From Fonticula alba ATCC 38817 (Eukaryota > Protista > Nucleariida): 64,000 bases of DNA. A program made the position numbers and the translations under genes. Positions 34,400-46,358 of the stretch are shown here, in pieces. The notes beneath the pieces were generated by a model. That model did no database searches and had not been told where the DNA came from. It worked only from the letters and a program-made list of their open reading frames with translations. Numbering within the stretch: position 1 is the first letter of the stretch; the number at the start of each line of letters is the position of its first letter. The DNA is taken from assembly GCA_000388065.2 (NCBI GenBank), contig KB932204.1; one strand, 5' to 3'.

Positions 34400-37300
34400 A
34401 TGGATGGGCGGCTCATGCACCCGCGGCGCCCCTCGGCCGCCCTGCTGGCCCTCCTGCTGACCGCCCTTGTGGCCGTGCTCCTACGCGCTGAAGCGGCAAA
34501 CCCCGTCTGTCCCCCGGTTGTGCCCCCCTCGACGCCGGATCCCCCCACGCCAGATGCGCCCCCCCTCAAACGCGTCACCTCGTTGCGGGTAGACATGCGG
34601 CCGATTGCCGGGCGATTGGATGGCTTCCGGACTTTTGTGTCCGGCCCATCACCCTCGGTACACCTGCTCCTTGGCAGCGGGGCCTTCAATGGGCGTGTCC
34701 TGCTGGACACTCGGATGTCCGATCTAGGCCTGTTGCACAGCAACCATTGCACCTATCTGCCTCCCCCCCCGCTTCCGGGGGACTCCTCGAGCGGTGCCTC
34801 AGGCAGTGACCCGGGGAGCACTCCCTCAAGCAGCTCCTCAGGCAGTGCGCCGGGCAGCACTCCGGGCAGCGTTTCGGGAAGCACTTCGGGCAGCACTTCG
34901 GGCAGCGCTTCGAGCAGCGCTTCGAGCAGCGTTTCGGGCAGCGCGTCGGGCAGCACTCCGGGCAGCGCTCCGGGTAGTGCGCCTGGTGATGCCTCTTCAA
35001 GTGCTGCCGCCTCAAGTGCATCGGCTCCGGCTGGGTCAGCATCATCAGCTCCAGCGGGCTCGGAACCGGCAGCCTCTCACTCCGAATCCAGCCCCGCGTC
35101 ATCTGGCGCCGGGTCAGATCCTGTGTCTCCTCCAGAGACGGGGCTTCTTGACATGGCTCTTGGCCCGGGACAGGTTCTCCTTCGGGATCTTACCCCCTCG
35201 CGGCACCCGAGCTCTTGGGTTCCTTTCTCTGGCATGGTGTACACTTTTGGCAGGGCGGTCGAGAGTGCCATCCGGCGTGTGCTACCGGGTGGGACAGCGC
35301 AGCCGGAGGCGATTGGCCTGCCCCTGAGCAGCGCCCGCCCGCCACAAATGGACTCCACCTCTTCGGATGAGTCACTCCTGCTGTCCAAGACCAACCTCCC
35401 GCCCTCTCTCTCGCGGTCCTGTCTCTTCCCGAACACCACGCTGCCAGACAGCCTCGAACAGGTCCCCTGCTGTGTGTGTACCGATCAGGTGGTCGTCAAC
35501 TTGGTCCCCGAGTCCAAGGTCCGCCGACGCCATTGGCCGACCCTGCCCCCTTCGCCCCTTTGGCCCCTGTCCTCTACTCCCCTCGCCCCCGTCCTTCTCT
35601 CCGCCTTCTTCATGTCCCGCTACTGCCTCCGCAGGTCATGCTACTTACCCAAAGGACACTGTCCCCCTGCTCATGTAGTTCACCTTTGTCTCGAACGGCG
35701 TGTCCATCGAGCCCACTCCCTCCATCGATCCCGATCCTCTTGGCTTCGTGACCCTTTACAATGACACAGCTCGCACCTGGTACTGGGCTGGTTCCGGCGG
35801 TCGCCTTGGTCTGGCTTATCCGGGTGCGTCTGCTCCCTCTCTCCATCTATCTTTTTTCTCTCTCTCTCTCTCTTTCTTTTTTTCTCCCTCTCCCTCTCCC
35901 TCTCCCTCTCCCTCTCCCTCCCCCCTCCCTCTCTCTTTCTCCTTTTCCCTTTCCCTCGCCCTATATTCACCGTCCTTTCCCCCTCTGAACATTGTGACCC
36001 TCCTTCTTTTCTCGCGCTGCATGACAAAGTGGCCCGCTCGACGGCCAACTTCGTGGCTTCACACCTTTTGGACCTTCCCTGGGTTCCGCCTCCGCCAGTG
36101 GAGGAAAGTGGCAGCAGTGACATCAGCGGCAGCAACAGCACCGGCGGTGGCAGCACTGGTGGCGAGAGTCCCAGGATGGGCGGCTTGTCGCGCGAGTCCG
36201 AAGGGTCTGCTTGTGCCACAGCCAGCACATCCAGCCAGTCGGCCTCTTCAAGTCCCTCCGGCTCTTCAGGTTCCTCAGGCTCGGAGTCCCCGCCGAATCC
36301 CTACCCACCGGACCGCGCGGCCGCTGGGCCGTACGCCGGATCGCGTTTCCTGCTCCCAGGTGACTCGGCTCGGCGCATCATTCTGTTGGATTTGCTCCCC
36401 CCCTCGTGCCCCAGCTATGTGCATTTCCTTGTGTTTGATCATCCCTCCGGATCGGAGGACTCCAGTTCCGGCTCGACTCCCTCGGGCTCCGGCTCCAGCT
36501 CGACTCCCTCGGGCTCCGGCTCCAGCTCGGCCCCTTCGAGCTCCGGTTCCGGCTCCGGCCCCAGCTCGGCCCCTTCGGGCTCCGGCTCCAGCTCGGCCCC
36601 TTCGAGCTCCGGTTCCGGTTCGACCCCCCCGGGTTCCGACCCCGGCTCCGGCTCCGGCTCGGTCCCCCCGGGCTCCGGCTCCAGTGCCTCGGGCTCCGGA
36701 TCATCTCCTGCTGATTCTGGATCAACCCCTGCAGGCTCCAACCCAAGTCCGGGCGATTCTGGCTCTGGCTCAACACCAGTGGGGTCCGGGTCAGGTGCTC
36801 CCACTTCCGGCTCTTCGGCATCTGACTCGCAGCCGGCCTCGTCGTCAGCTGGCTCTCCTGCCTCCGGCCCTGGCGATCTTCCCCCGGCAGAGGGCCTGGC
36901 ATCCTCTTTTTTGGCTCGTTCTTCTGGTGCCGATGCTGCTTCAGCCGGTGCTTCTTCACCCTCCGACTCGGAGCCTACCCCTGGCTCCGGCTCTGCTCCT
37001 GGCTCTGGCTCTGCTCCTGGCTCTGGCTCTGCTCCTGGCTCTGGCTCCGGCTCTGCTCCTGGCTCCGGCTCTGCTCCTGGCTCCGGCTCTGCTCCTGGCT
37101 CCGGCTCTGCTCCTGGATCTGGCTCTGGCTCTAGCTCTGCTCCTGGCTCTGGCTCCGGCTCTGGCTCAACTCCCGGCTCCGGCTCCACCCCCGGCTCCGG
37201 CTCCACTCCCGGCTCCGGCTCCACTCCCGGCTCCGGCTCCGACTCCGGCTCCACCCCGCATGAGCTCATTCCAATTGGGCCCAACTACCCATGGAACGAT

Positions 37301-38782
37301 GTTTCTCTTCCAGTGGATCCCTCGCCGCCGGTCCCCGAGCACCTCTTCTTTTCGGAGCGGTCCTTCGCTTGGTCTGATCGAAACACTCTGCCAGGGTGCT
37401 CCTCTTACCGGGATTACTATCTGACTTTGTATGACCTGTCTGTCGGGTGCAATTCCCTGCCAGAGCATGCCGAGCCTCCGCTCATCTCCGATGGCATTCG
37501 GCTGTTCACCAATGTCTCAGACCACATGGTGGCCACGGTCGAGCTACAGGAGCCCTGCCTGGCCCTGCCCCCTGACGCCTTCAAGTCGGTGCGTGCACCC
37601 CTCGCCTTTTCCTTCGGCCCTTGTGACGTTTCCCCTGTTGCGCGATGTCCACTGACTCCCTTGGTCTTCAATTGTGGCTTTCGCGCCGGGGGCCGCTGTG
37701 CCTCTGTGGGGCCTCCTCTCGCCCTGCTGGGGACCCGTGCCTCCGCAAATGACAAAGCTCATGGCCTGGATCGGCGCCACGTGTAACTTCCCGCCCACCG
37801 GCTTTTCCACGAGCGTTCTATGCACCGTCAACCCCAGATATGAATTGCCGTGGATCCGCTTCCGTCTGGCCTCCGGCTCGACATCCAACAGTCGCTTCAT
37901 CTACCTGCCCTTGGAGACGCTGCGTTTGGGGAGCAGCTCCGAGTACGTGCTGTCCATTGCCATGCTTCGCCCCCGTCTCCTGTCTGGGTGCTCGTACCTG
38001 ACCGTCTTCTGGCACCTGACATCCCCATTTCCATTGTGTGGACGCCTAGGACTTGCATCAAGAACACGGCCGTCCATCAGATGGTCAACCACCGCGGATA
38101 TCAAGTGAGCCCGAAGATCGCCATCTTCGGCAGCTTGTCGTTGGCCAACCTGCGGGTGGCCTTTGATTGGACCAACTTCCGCGTTGGCATGCAATCTCGC
38201 ACTGGGCCGAACTCGCGACAGTGGCTCTCGACATCTGCGTGCCGCAAGGCGGACACCTGCTTTGGCGGGCAAACGTACAATGAGGTACAACGAGCCCCTG
38301 AGCCGGTCCTTTATCTCCAGTTTCCTGCCTTGCCTCTACTCCCGTGTTACTTACTATTTCTCTCTCTCTCTCTCTCTCCTTCTCCCACTCCCACTCCTTG
38401 CTCGTGTGTTGCTCACTCTCATTGGAAAATGATTGACAGCAATTCAACATCTGCGAGGACCCCAATTGCAGCCAGTTCGCTTTCCAGCATCTTGACCCGC
38501 TTACCCACTCCTGTGTTACGGTACGCGTCTCACAGCCCGTTGCCCGGACTTTCATTGAACGCACTCGCTTTCTGACACTCCACACACACGCTTCGCTGCC
38601 TGTCCGTCTTTCCCTCCCCCTGGATCCAGAATACCGGCTTCCATGTGGGCATCGTCCTCTTCTGCCTGCTCATGGGAGGCTTCGACTTCCTGCTGTCGCT
38701 TCTGGCGCGCAAGGCCGCTGCCCGGTCGATCGCCCAAACCGACCTCGTCAATTACACGATCGAGCGCTCCTTGCAGAGCTGA
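34400..38782 (+). CDS. Signal peptide + degenerate pepsin-like (A1) aspartic protease fold + Cys-rich juxtamembrane region + C-terminal TM, with Ser/Gly/Pro-rich inserts
   Basis: Signal peptide [19 protein letters not shown]; [12 protein letters not shown] (DTGS position); GGRLGLAYP (GxLGL motif); [11 protein letters not shown]; [10 protein letters not shown] (second-lobe position); [24 protein letters not shown] (ILG..FD..RVG motif); [22 protein letters not shown]; hydrophobic [20 protein letters not shown]. Stop is TGA 38780-38782. Exon boundaries are partly inferred. Confidence 0.7.
36982..37250 (+). repeat. Coding 18-bp tandem repeat encoding GSGSAP (~8 copies) then GSGSTP (~4 copies)
   Basis: ggctc(c/t)ggctctgctcct units followed by ggctccggctc(c/a)ac(t/c)ccc units, in frame with ORF 36029-37786. 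Confidence 0.9.
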
Positions 38783-38943
38783 GACCCCTCATGCTGTGTC
38801 TCTCCCCGGGGCTCTCTCTCCCCTTTGCCGCCACTCAGTCTCCGGCTGCCCGGGGAAGGAATCCCCCCCCCCCCCCCCCCCGCACGTCTGCTCTCCGGCC
38901 ATTCCGAGATCGCCTTTCCCATTCGCCCGCATCGGGCACGCCC

Positions 38944-38974
<31 letters not shown>

Positions 38975-39267
38975 GCACACGCGGTGCATGTTTTCCGGTT
39001 CCCCTCCCCCCGCCTTGCCCTTACGTGCCTCGATAGGCAGGCGGCCGGCGAATGCCGCAATGCACGCCCAAAGTGTGCCTTTACACGGGGACTCACATGT
39101 ATGTACAAATACACATATAAATACGTCAACACAAGGGTGTCATGCGTGTATGCACGGCGCCTTGCCCATCGGTCCGGGGTCGCGCGCGAGGAAAAGAGAG
39201 AGAGAGAGAGAGAGAGAGACGGGCTATCATCTCCGAAAGGGGCAGATGCGCACATGCGCAGATTATA

Positions 39268-41253
39268 TTACAGGAAGTTGTACCAGTAGAAGGCACACAG
39301 GGCAAGGAAGGCAAGGACAATGGAGGTAATGCGGATGGCCAGGCGGCCGCGGGAGCTGGCTCGCGGGGCCGGGAGACCGGTATCGGCGTCGAGGCCGTCT
39401 ATGATGAGGCGGGTTTTGCTGATGCCGACCACCAGCACGCAGTCGTGGCTGACATAGGACGCCGGGGCGGTGGGCTGCTGCAGCCGGTCGGATGTCTCGG
39501 GCCCGGAGAGGAAGGCCTCCAGGTCGCGAGAGCGCTTCCAGGCGTCGGTGGCCTCCGGCGCCGGAGCCGGGGCCAGCTGCTCATGCAGGTAGCTGTCCGG
39601 CAGGGAGATGACGATCTCCGGGACCGGGTCGGCATCAGGATCGGGGTCGACATTGGCCAGCGGAGCCGGCGGGCCGCCGCGCAAGCGCGCGCGCTGCCGC
39701 GCATCGAAGCAAGAGCACACGGCAACCGGGGAGCCCGACCCCCGGGGCTGATGCAGCGTGGCAAAGAGACAGCGCATACGCGGGCAGCCAAAGAGGCAGG
39801 GGTGCAGGTCACCATCGAGGGCAGTGGCATGGGAGCCGGCCACAGGGCCAGACCCGATGGGCAGCATGGGGCCCGGATCGCCCGGGGGCGGTGGTGGTGC
39901 TGGCGACCCGGCCGGCGGAGGCGGCAAAGGCGGCGATGCCGGGGCCCGGAGGATGGACAGCTCCCGGCTCGGGCCGCAGGGACGGGTGACCGGCAGCAAG
40001 GAGTCGGTGGTGACATCGCGCCGGTGTGCCGGGCCGGGGGCCACCTGCGCACAGCTGGCAGTCGAGGGCATGCGCGTGGCAGTGGTGGCCGCGGCCACCA
40101 GGGACGGGGCATATGCCTGGACTTCGCGCTCGAAGGGCTGGCACAGGGGGCAGGCGCCGAACAGGGGCCCGGAAAGCGGGGGCAGCGAGCCGCCGGCCGA
40201 GTCCAGGCCTGGCAGGAAGGCCGGGGCGCCGGGTCCGGCCGGCGGGCAGGCGCAGGGGCACCGGCAGATGTCGGCCAGCCCCGGTGGCCACGGATGGCCG
40301 GGGTCGGATCCGCCACCAGTACAGGAGGACGCGGCCAGCAGGCGCTGGAGCTCGCGCGCCGGCAGCCGCCTCAGGTATGGCGAGTGGGCGGCCAGAAGGA
40401 GTGAGCAGGCGGCCCCGCCGGAAAAGTGGCCTCGCGCCAGGCAGGGCACCGCGGCGGCCGAGGGCTGCAGTGTGGGGGCCGGCGTGTCGACCGACGGGCC
40501 GTACACCGGCCGGCGGATGACAAAGCGGAATCGCCCGCCGAAATCTAAATAATGCAGGAGCCCGAGATTCCACACCAGGACATATGAGGCGGGCGGGGCC
40601 GCGTCGGAAGGGCCTCCAGGGTCGGAGGGCGCCGGCTCGGCCGGTATCGATGGCCCGGCCGGCGGGGGGGACTCGGCCGGCGGCGCATCCTCGGCCGCCA
40701 CGAAGAGCGACCGCATGGCAAGCATGTACTGGTGGAAGGCGGCAACCACGTCGGAGGGGGCGGTCTTTGAGAGGGTCCCGGTGACGACGGCGGCCACGGC
40801 GGCGGCGGCGGCCGCCGCCGCGGTACGCTCCGTGTCCGTGATGATGCCGGGCCCGGGAGCCGCGGCCGGGGGGGGCGACGGGCCGGGCCGGGGGCCAGGA
40901 CGCCGGCGCTGGGTCGCGCTGCTGACGCCCAAGGCCACGGGCGGCGGTGGCGGCAGGGGAGGCGGCCGGGGGGAGAGGGCCTCGCCGGCGGCCGGCGGGC
41001 CACCAGTGTCGGGGCCGGCCGGGCGGTGGTCCACAAAGATGACGACATTCTTGCCGAGGTCGATGCGGGCTTCGATGGCGACCGAGGCGGCGGCGGCCGA
41101 AGCGCGAGCTTCCTGCGCAGACTGGCGGGCACCATTCACGCCGTGCGGGAGGAACTCCCTCCCGGGTTCGGCCTCAGCGAGGTCATCCAGCCGCAGGGAC
41201 CAAGCACGCGTGCGCACCGACGATGACTTCCATAGGCGCTTGATGGACGCCAT
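39268..41253 (-). CDS. Unknown protein with a single C-terminal TM (tail-anchored-like); 5' end uncertain
   Basis: About 660 uninterrupted codons with globular-looking segments (IEARIDLGKNVVIFVDH, YVLVWNLGLLHYLDFGGRFRFVIRR, CVLVVGISKTRLIIDGL) end in RITSIVLAFLALCAFYWYNFL*. A polypyrimidine+CAG just upstream of the ATG suggests a further exon beyond the N-gap 41363-41473. Confidence 0.65.
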   Translation of the reverse strand: MASIKRLWKSSSVRTRAWSLRLDDLAEAEPGREFLPHGVNGARQSAQEARASAAAASVAIEARIDLGKNVVIFVDHRPAGPDTGGPPAAGEALSPRPPPLPPPPPVALGVSSATQRRRPGPRPGPSPPPAAAPGPGIITDTERTAAAAAAAAVAAVVTGTLSKTAPSDVVAAFHQYMLAMRSLFVAAEDAPPAESPPPAGPSIPAEPAPSDPGGPSDAAPPASYVLVWNLGLLHYLDFGGRFRFVIRRPVYGPSVDTPAPTLQPSAAAVPCLARGHFSGGAACSLLLAAHSPYLRRLPARELQRLLAASSCTGGGSDPGHPWPPGLADICRCPCACPPAGPGAPAFLPGLDSAGGSLPPLSGPLFGACPLCQPFEREVQAYAPSLVAAATTATRMPSTASCAQVAPGPAHRRDVTTDSLLPVTRPCGPSRELSILRAPASPPLPPPPAGSPAPPPPPGDPGPMLPIGSGPVAGSHATALDGDLHPCLFGCPRMRCLFATLHQPRGSGSPVAVCSCFDARQRARLRGGPPAPLANVDPDPDADPVPEIVISLPDSYLHEQLAPAPAPEATDAWKRSRDLEAFLSGPETSDRLQQPTAPASYVSHDCVLVVGISKTRLIIDGLDADTGLPAPRASSRGRLAIRITSIVLAFLALCAFYWYNFL

Positions 41254-42553
41254 CGGGACACGGCTGTACCAGGGGGAAAGGAAGCGGGCCTGGGAGGATG
41301 GGTGGAGGGGGGAGGGTGGAAAGAGAAAGGGAGGGGGCAGGAGAGCAGGGGCGGAGGGGGAGNNNNNNNNNNNNNNNNNNNNNNNNNNNNNNNNNNNNNN
41401 NNNNNNNNNNNNNNNNNNNNNNNNNNNNNNNNNNNNNNNNNNNNNNNNNNNNNNNNNNNNNNNNNNNNNNNNNGGGGGAAAGGCAGCCAGGGGGCGGGGG
41501 CATTTTCCAGTTGGGAGAAGGGACAACGGAGGAAAAGGGGGGAGGGGGGGGAAGCTGGATGAGAGGAGGCACAGGTGTGTCAAGCGCGCAGGAGAGGGAA
41601 GAGTTGGCCCCCGAGGAGAAGTTGCGGCGCGGCGAGAGCGGGAGGCGAGGAGCAGGGGGAGAGGGGTCTCAGGTGTGTACTGATTCGCTGGCACACCCCT
41701 TCCACGAGAATGTGCCAGCGCGCGCGCGCGAGCACAGACGGGCGGGCATGAAAAAAAGAGGAAGAAAAAAGCACCCAACCAACCGTTCGCCTCCTGGGAA
41801 GCGCGCGCGGAGGGCCGAGCACCCCCCGGCCCCCGGGGCGCGAGGGCTAGAAAAGAAAAAGAAAAAACAGGCCACGCCATCGGCGACCTGTACCCAGAGG
41901 GGGGGGGGGGGGCACCGGGCCGGTCCGGAACACCGCGCGAGCATGCCCGGGTGCAATCAGAGGGCGGCCCCTGCAAACGAGAGCGCGGCCCAACCCCGCC
42001 CTGCCTCGGGGCCCGGTCCCCATGGCCCCTGCGCCGGGAGCCGGCACGGTTGCCACAGGCGGGGCCGTCTGGGCTCCTCCGGGTGGCGTTGCCCCCCTCG
42101 CCGGCGTGCCCCCCTCCCTCCCTCCCCCCCCCGACCGACGGATGCGGCGTGAAAGTGCGTGGCCGATCGGGAACCGGCGAGCGTGTGCCATCGAACGAGG
42201 ATTCACGTGTGAGTGTCACTAGACCCACGCGATGCACATGATGGCACCGGGGAATGCTCCCCGAAGGGCGCCCACGGCTCAGTTAAATCCGAGCATTGGG
42301 GCACAAATGTGAGAACAGCCAGACAGCGTATGGGCCAAAATCTACCATTTAAATAAATCCTGCATGTTGGCCAGACCGCGGATCAAAAGTCTCACTTCCT
42401 CCCTGCTGCCGCTGCCGGTGGCCTCTGTGTTTCCAACGGCGAGATGCCCCGCGCTGCCATGTGTGCCGGGCCTGTTTTTCGCGGGGGGGATTTCTGCGCC
42501 GCGGTCGGCGGGCGCCGCATGGCGCGCCCTCGAGTGGCGGACGCCAAAAAGTA

Positions 42554-42632
42554 TGATTGGAGTGGGACTCGAACCCACGCGGTTTCCCACCAGTGCCTTA
42601 AACTGGCGCCTTAACCACTCGGCCATCCAACC
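42554..42632 (-). tRNA. tRNA-Leu(AAG)
   Basis: GGTTGGATGGCCGAGTGGTTAAGGCGCCAGTTTAAGGCACTGGTGGGAAACCGCGTGGGTTCGAGTCCCACTCCAATCA; long variable arm; TTTTT terminator follows. Confidence 0.95.
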
Positions 42633-42853
42633 TCAAGATACATGGCAGGCTGACGGCGGCGCTGATATTGTGCGCGCCGGATGCCATGCCGGGCGGGCCG
42701 CTCGGAGTTTGCGCCGCCTGCCTCTGCCTCACCTACCCCGCCTCCTTGTGCCCCGCCCGCCTCTGGTGCCGTCTCGGCGCCACACGAGGTCGCCCTTGCT
42801 CACTTGGCCATAATATATCATGCACCTAGGATCTCCGCCGCAAGGACGGAGAG

Positions 42854-42892
<39 letters not shown>

Positions 42893-43836
42893 TGTGTGTT
42901 GATCGCCACCGAGGCCATGCCCAACAGCCGCCTGGGTGCGTCATCTTCTCCCGGGGCCTGCTGCTCCTTCCCAGGCCCCCCTAGAGAGGGATGCCGCTTT
43001 TCTGGGGTCCCACTCCCCGGGACTTTGGGGGATGGTGATTCCCCTGGAGAGGACTGTGGCTTCGTGTGGGCCTGTGTGTCACTGCCCGCCGATCGCCGAC
43101 CTGCCTCTTTCCCTTTGGAAGCTGTTGCTTTTGCCCAGCCGGCGGCCCTCTGGGGGTGGAGGACCCCGGGTCATCCCCAGGCCCCCTCGTCCATGGCCTT
43201 GGGTTAGAGGTCCGGACCGAGGCGCTTCGGGCATTTCGTGGGCCTCGCGGCGGCCGGCCTTCCGGCCACGACCCTCTCTCCGCTCGGACTGGAGGCCGCC
43301 CGGGATGGGCAGGGTGGCATGTTCGCCTTCTCGGGCGCCGTCCTGCATGGCCCCACAGGCTGGAGGGGTGTGCCCTGCGCGCAGGGCGACCACTCGCGAC
43401 CCGAGGACCGCAGAGGGGGGCATGCCGGATGGCGCGAAGCAAGATTGGACGCCCTCTTTGCTGGCACCCGCCCAGGGCCGGGCCCTTCGGCGGCGGCCCT
43501 TTCCCCGCCATCGGTCCCACCGGGCGAGGCTGGCCACAGATGCCTGAGTGCAGAGAGAATGTCCCCACCTTCATATGTTTGGCCTTCAGGGCCGAGGGAA
43601 GGCCGCGAACGACAGGCGTGCCCCGCCTGCTAGGGGGGGGGGGCACCCAGTTGAATCCCGCTGCGGGCTCGGGATTGGCAGGGGCTCGGCGCTGTTGGCT
43701 GTGGCAAAGTCCCCTTTTGATGCCCTGAGTGCCGGACCCGAAGCTTACGCCGGTTGTCGCTTCGCCAGGCCCGATGGTCTCCCGGGCAAAGGGCAGCTTC
43801 TTCGTCAAATAGCCCGAATGGGCGGCCCTACGTCAA

Positions 43837-43910
43837 GGCCCCATAGCTCAGTTGGTTAGAGCGTCGTGCTAATAACGCGAAGGTCGTCAGTTCGATCCTG
43901 GCTGGGGCCA
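43837..43910 (+). tRNA. tRNA-Ile(AAT)
   Basis: GGCCCCATAGCTCAGTTGGTTAGAGCGTCGTGCTAATAACGCGAAGGTCGTCAGTTCGATCCTGGCTGGGGCCA, followed by TTCCTTTT. Confidence 0.96.
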
Positions 43911-44269
43911 TTCCTTTTGAGCGTTTTGCCTGTCCTGGCTGCCGTGTTGTCTTGCGGGGAGGGGGCGGGCGGCGTCCCTCTGCGGGAGATTTGGCCGGTG
44001 TGATGGGGCGCCTTTTTTTCGGCAGGAGGAGGGGAGACGGGGGCCCGGCACGCGCGTCAGGAGGGCAATCCCGCGGCGTGTCTCGCTGGTTGACACAAGA
44101 TGTCCCGCCGCCGCCGCCGCCGCCGCCGCCGGGGCCGGCTCTCGGGCGGCCTTCTGCCAAACGGCCCGCCTCGCGCCCTGTCGTCGCCTGGCCAGGCCGC
44201 GGGTGATTATTGATGGAAAAAAATACGGCCGGATGGACCCAGGGGGAAGGCCAAAAAGAACGGAGAGTG

Positions 44270-44340
44270 TGCGTCGACCGGGAATCGAACCCGGGTCTAC
44301 CGCGTGGCAGGCGGCAATTCTACCACTAAACCATCGACGC
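44270..44340 (-). tRNA. tRNA-Gly(GCC)
   Basis: GCGTCGATGGTTTAGTGGTAGAATTGCCGCCTGCCACGCGGTAGACCCGGGTTCGATTCCCGGTCGACGCA. Confidence 0.96.
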
Positions 44341-46030
44341 TGTACACTCCTCGTCCGGAGGCCGCGCGCCTACATGTTGTGCCTTGCCTTCGTTGTTGGA
44401 CCATCGCGCTGGCGAGACCCGCCAAGCCGGCCTGCTCCCGGGGGAGGGGGCAACTCGCCCGAGGCCGCCGCGAGTTGGACACCCTCGGCGGGATGCCCAG
44501 GCGGGCATGCCCCAAGGGCCGGACGCCGGGGCGGGCGCCGCACCCCAGCATCTCCCCTCAGCGGAGCCGTGCTGCGACGCTGCTGCGGGTCGTGGGCGGT
44601 TGAGGGGTTGTTGCGCCAACATGGAGGCCACCAGCGGGCGTGGCTCGCGTGGGGCAGTTCGCTCGACGTTTGCCCGCGACAGGGGAGGGGACGCCCCCTG
44701 ACAGTGCCGCTTGAGCGGGCGGTGGCCCGCCGGGTGGGGCGGAAACAGGGTTCCTGCGTGTTCCGACCCCGAGCCGTCTTTCGGTGGTGGAAGGGCCGTG
44801 TGGCTTCCTTGCGGCCGGTTTCAAGGTGCAGTGATTTCGACCGGGCCCCAGATGCGGGCTCCGGGCGCTGGCGTGCCATGGCCCCCGTCCGCGGCCCGGG
44901 GGATCGGAGATCTTTGGCGAAGGGGCGCCGAGCATCGTCCGGCGGGATGGCGAGCCTGCCCCTTTGGCGGGGGAGGGCAGCAGCCAGGAGGAGTCCCCGC
45001 TGTGCGGGGCATTTTGAGTGCTCCTTGTGCCGTGGTTTTCCTGGGGGCAGGTCCGTCCCGGAGGCCACCAAGAGGACGAGCTGCTTCGCCGACAGGGCAG
45101 GCCGCTTGCCCGTGGGCGCGCACTCCGAAGGCCCGACCCATCCGGCGAGGGGATTCGCTTGGTCGCAGGGTCGAGCCGGCTGCCATTTCTGGCTCTACTG
45201 GCTGCCGGCACCGGGAGAGCGGGCTCGGTGTGCCGGGCCCCCTGGCCATTGGGGCCAGTGGGTGCCGGGTGGAGGGTGTGCCAGATTGACACTTGGCGCC
45301 GAGAGAATGGACGACGGCCGGACGGGGCACAGGGGAAAGAGGGTCCTTTGCCAGGAAGTGAAAGGCCTTGCACATTCCGAAGGGGAGGGGCCCGGGCCGG
45401 AGGAAGGGCAGCGAGCTGGGCCTAATGCCTGCAAAAGGGCCGCGCGGCGTCCTGTGCCATACAGGCCGCCATGTAGCCCCGGACCTGTGCCGGCGGGGAA
45501 ATCGACATCCGTCGACATCCATCGGCGGCGCGAAGTGGCCCCCGGAAAAGACCCCCACACAAATACCATAGCCAGTGGCCCGGAATTCCGCGGCGTCCCA
45601 ATGTGCGGACGCGCCTCCGGCGCAAGGAACACCCATGCCATGGGCTTGTCCGTGCAGGGAGCCGGGGACAGGCGCGTGGGCCGCCCACGCGCCGGGTGTC
45701 CGTGCGAGATCCAGACATGCCCGGGGCCCGGGGGACCGGGGAGCCGCCCCCACAGGGCGTGGCATCAGGGGCCGGAGGAGCAAAGGGTGGGCTGGGTTCT
45801 CCGCTGCGATGGGCAGAGGCACCTGCCGGGCGTGGCGGGTCTTGTGGGTGTGGACTCCGCGAGGAGGGGGCGCCCTCGCGGTCGGCCATGCAGACGGGAA
45901 AGTGGCTCGGGGAACACGCAACATCGTCCGGGCGGATGGCCCCCGCGGCGGCTGCCCGGCCCGGAGGCCCGCCCAGGCGGGACGGAGAAGCCCGACAACA
46001 AAAGAGCGAGATCCCCGCACGAGTACGCAA

Positions 46031-46103
46031 GCCTGTTTAGCTCAGTTGGTAGAGCATGGGACTCTTAATCCCAGGGTCGTGGGTTCGAGCCCCACAGTGG
46101 GCT
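46031..46103 (+). tRNA. tRNA-Lys(CTT)
   Basis: GCCTGTTTAGCTCAGTTGGTAGAGCATGGGACTCTTAATCCCAGGGTCGTGGGTTCGAGCCCCACAGTGGGCT. Confidence 0.95.
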
Positions 46104-46152
46104 TCTCTTTTGGTTGTCGTCGGCAAATGTGACACGGGGTGCAAAAAAGTAA

Positions 46153-46225
46153 TTCCCATACCGGGACTCGAACCCGGGTCTCGTGGGTGAGAGCCACGTA
46201 TCCTAACCACCTAGACTATATGGGA
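46153..46225 (-). tRNA. tRNA-Glu(CTC)
   Basis: TCCCATATAGTCTAGGTGGTTAGGATACGTGGCTCTCACCCACGAGACCCGGGTTCGAGTCCCGGTATGGGAA, followed by a T6 terminator. Confidence 0.96.
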
Positions 46226-46358
46226 GTCTTCGAAGGTGACCCACCGTATGTCCGTCATGTTTTTGTCGGTTGGCGGCCTTGTGCAGCGTGCCGCCCCTCG
46301 GCCGGGTGGCAGGGGCAAAATATCATATTTCCCTGTGGCCGGGAGGCTCGATGTATTC

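Noticed and set aside
45385-45420. CCGGAGGAAGGGCAGC, resembling the SRP RNA helix 8 motif
   Set aside because: Only a partial match in GC-rich sequence, with no flanking helices or Alu domain identified.
46031-46103. U73 discriminator in tRNA-Lys(CTT) as a sign of a pseudogene
   Set aside because: Yeast tRNA-Lys(CUU) also has U73, and the A/B boxes and all stems are intact.
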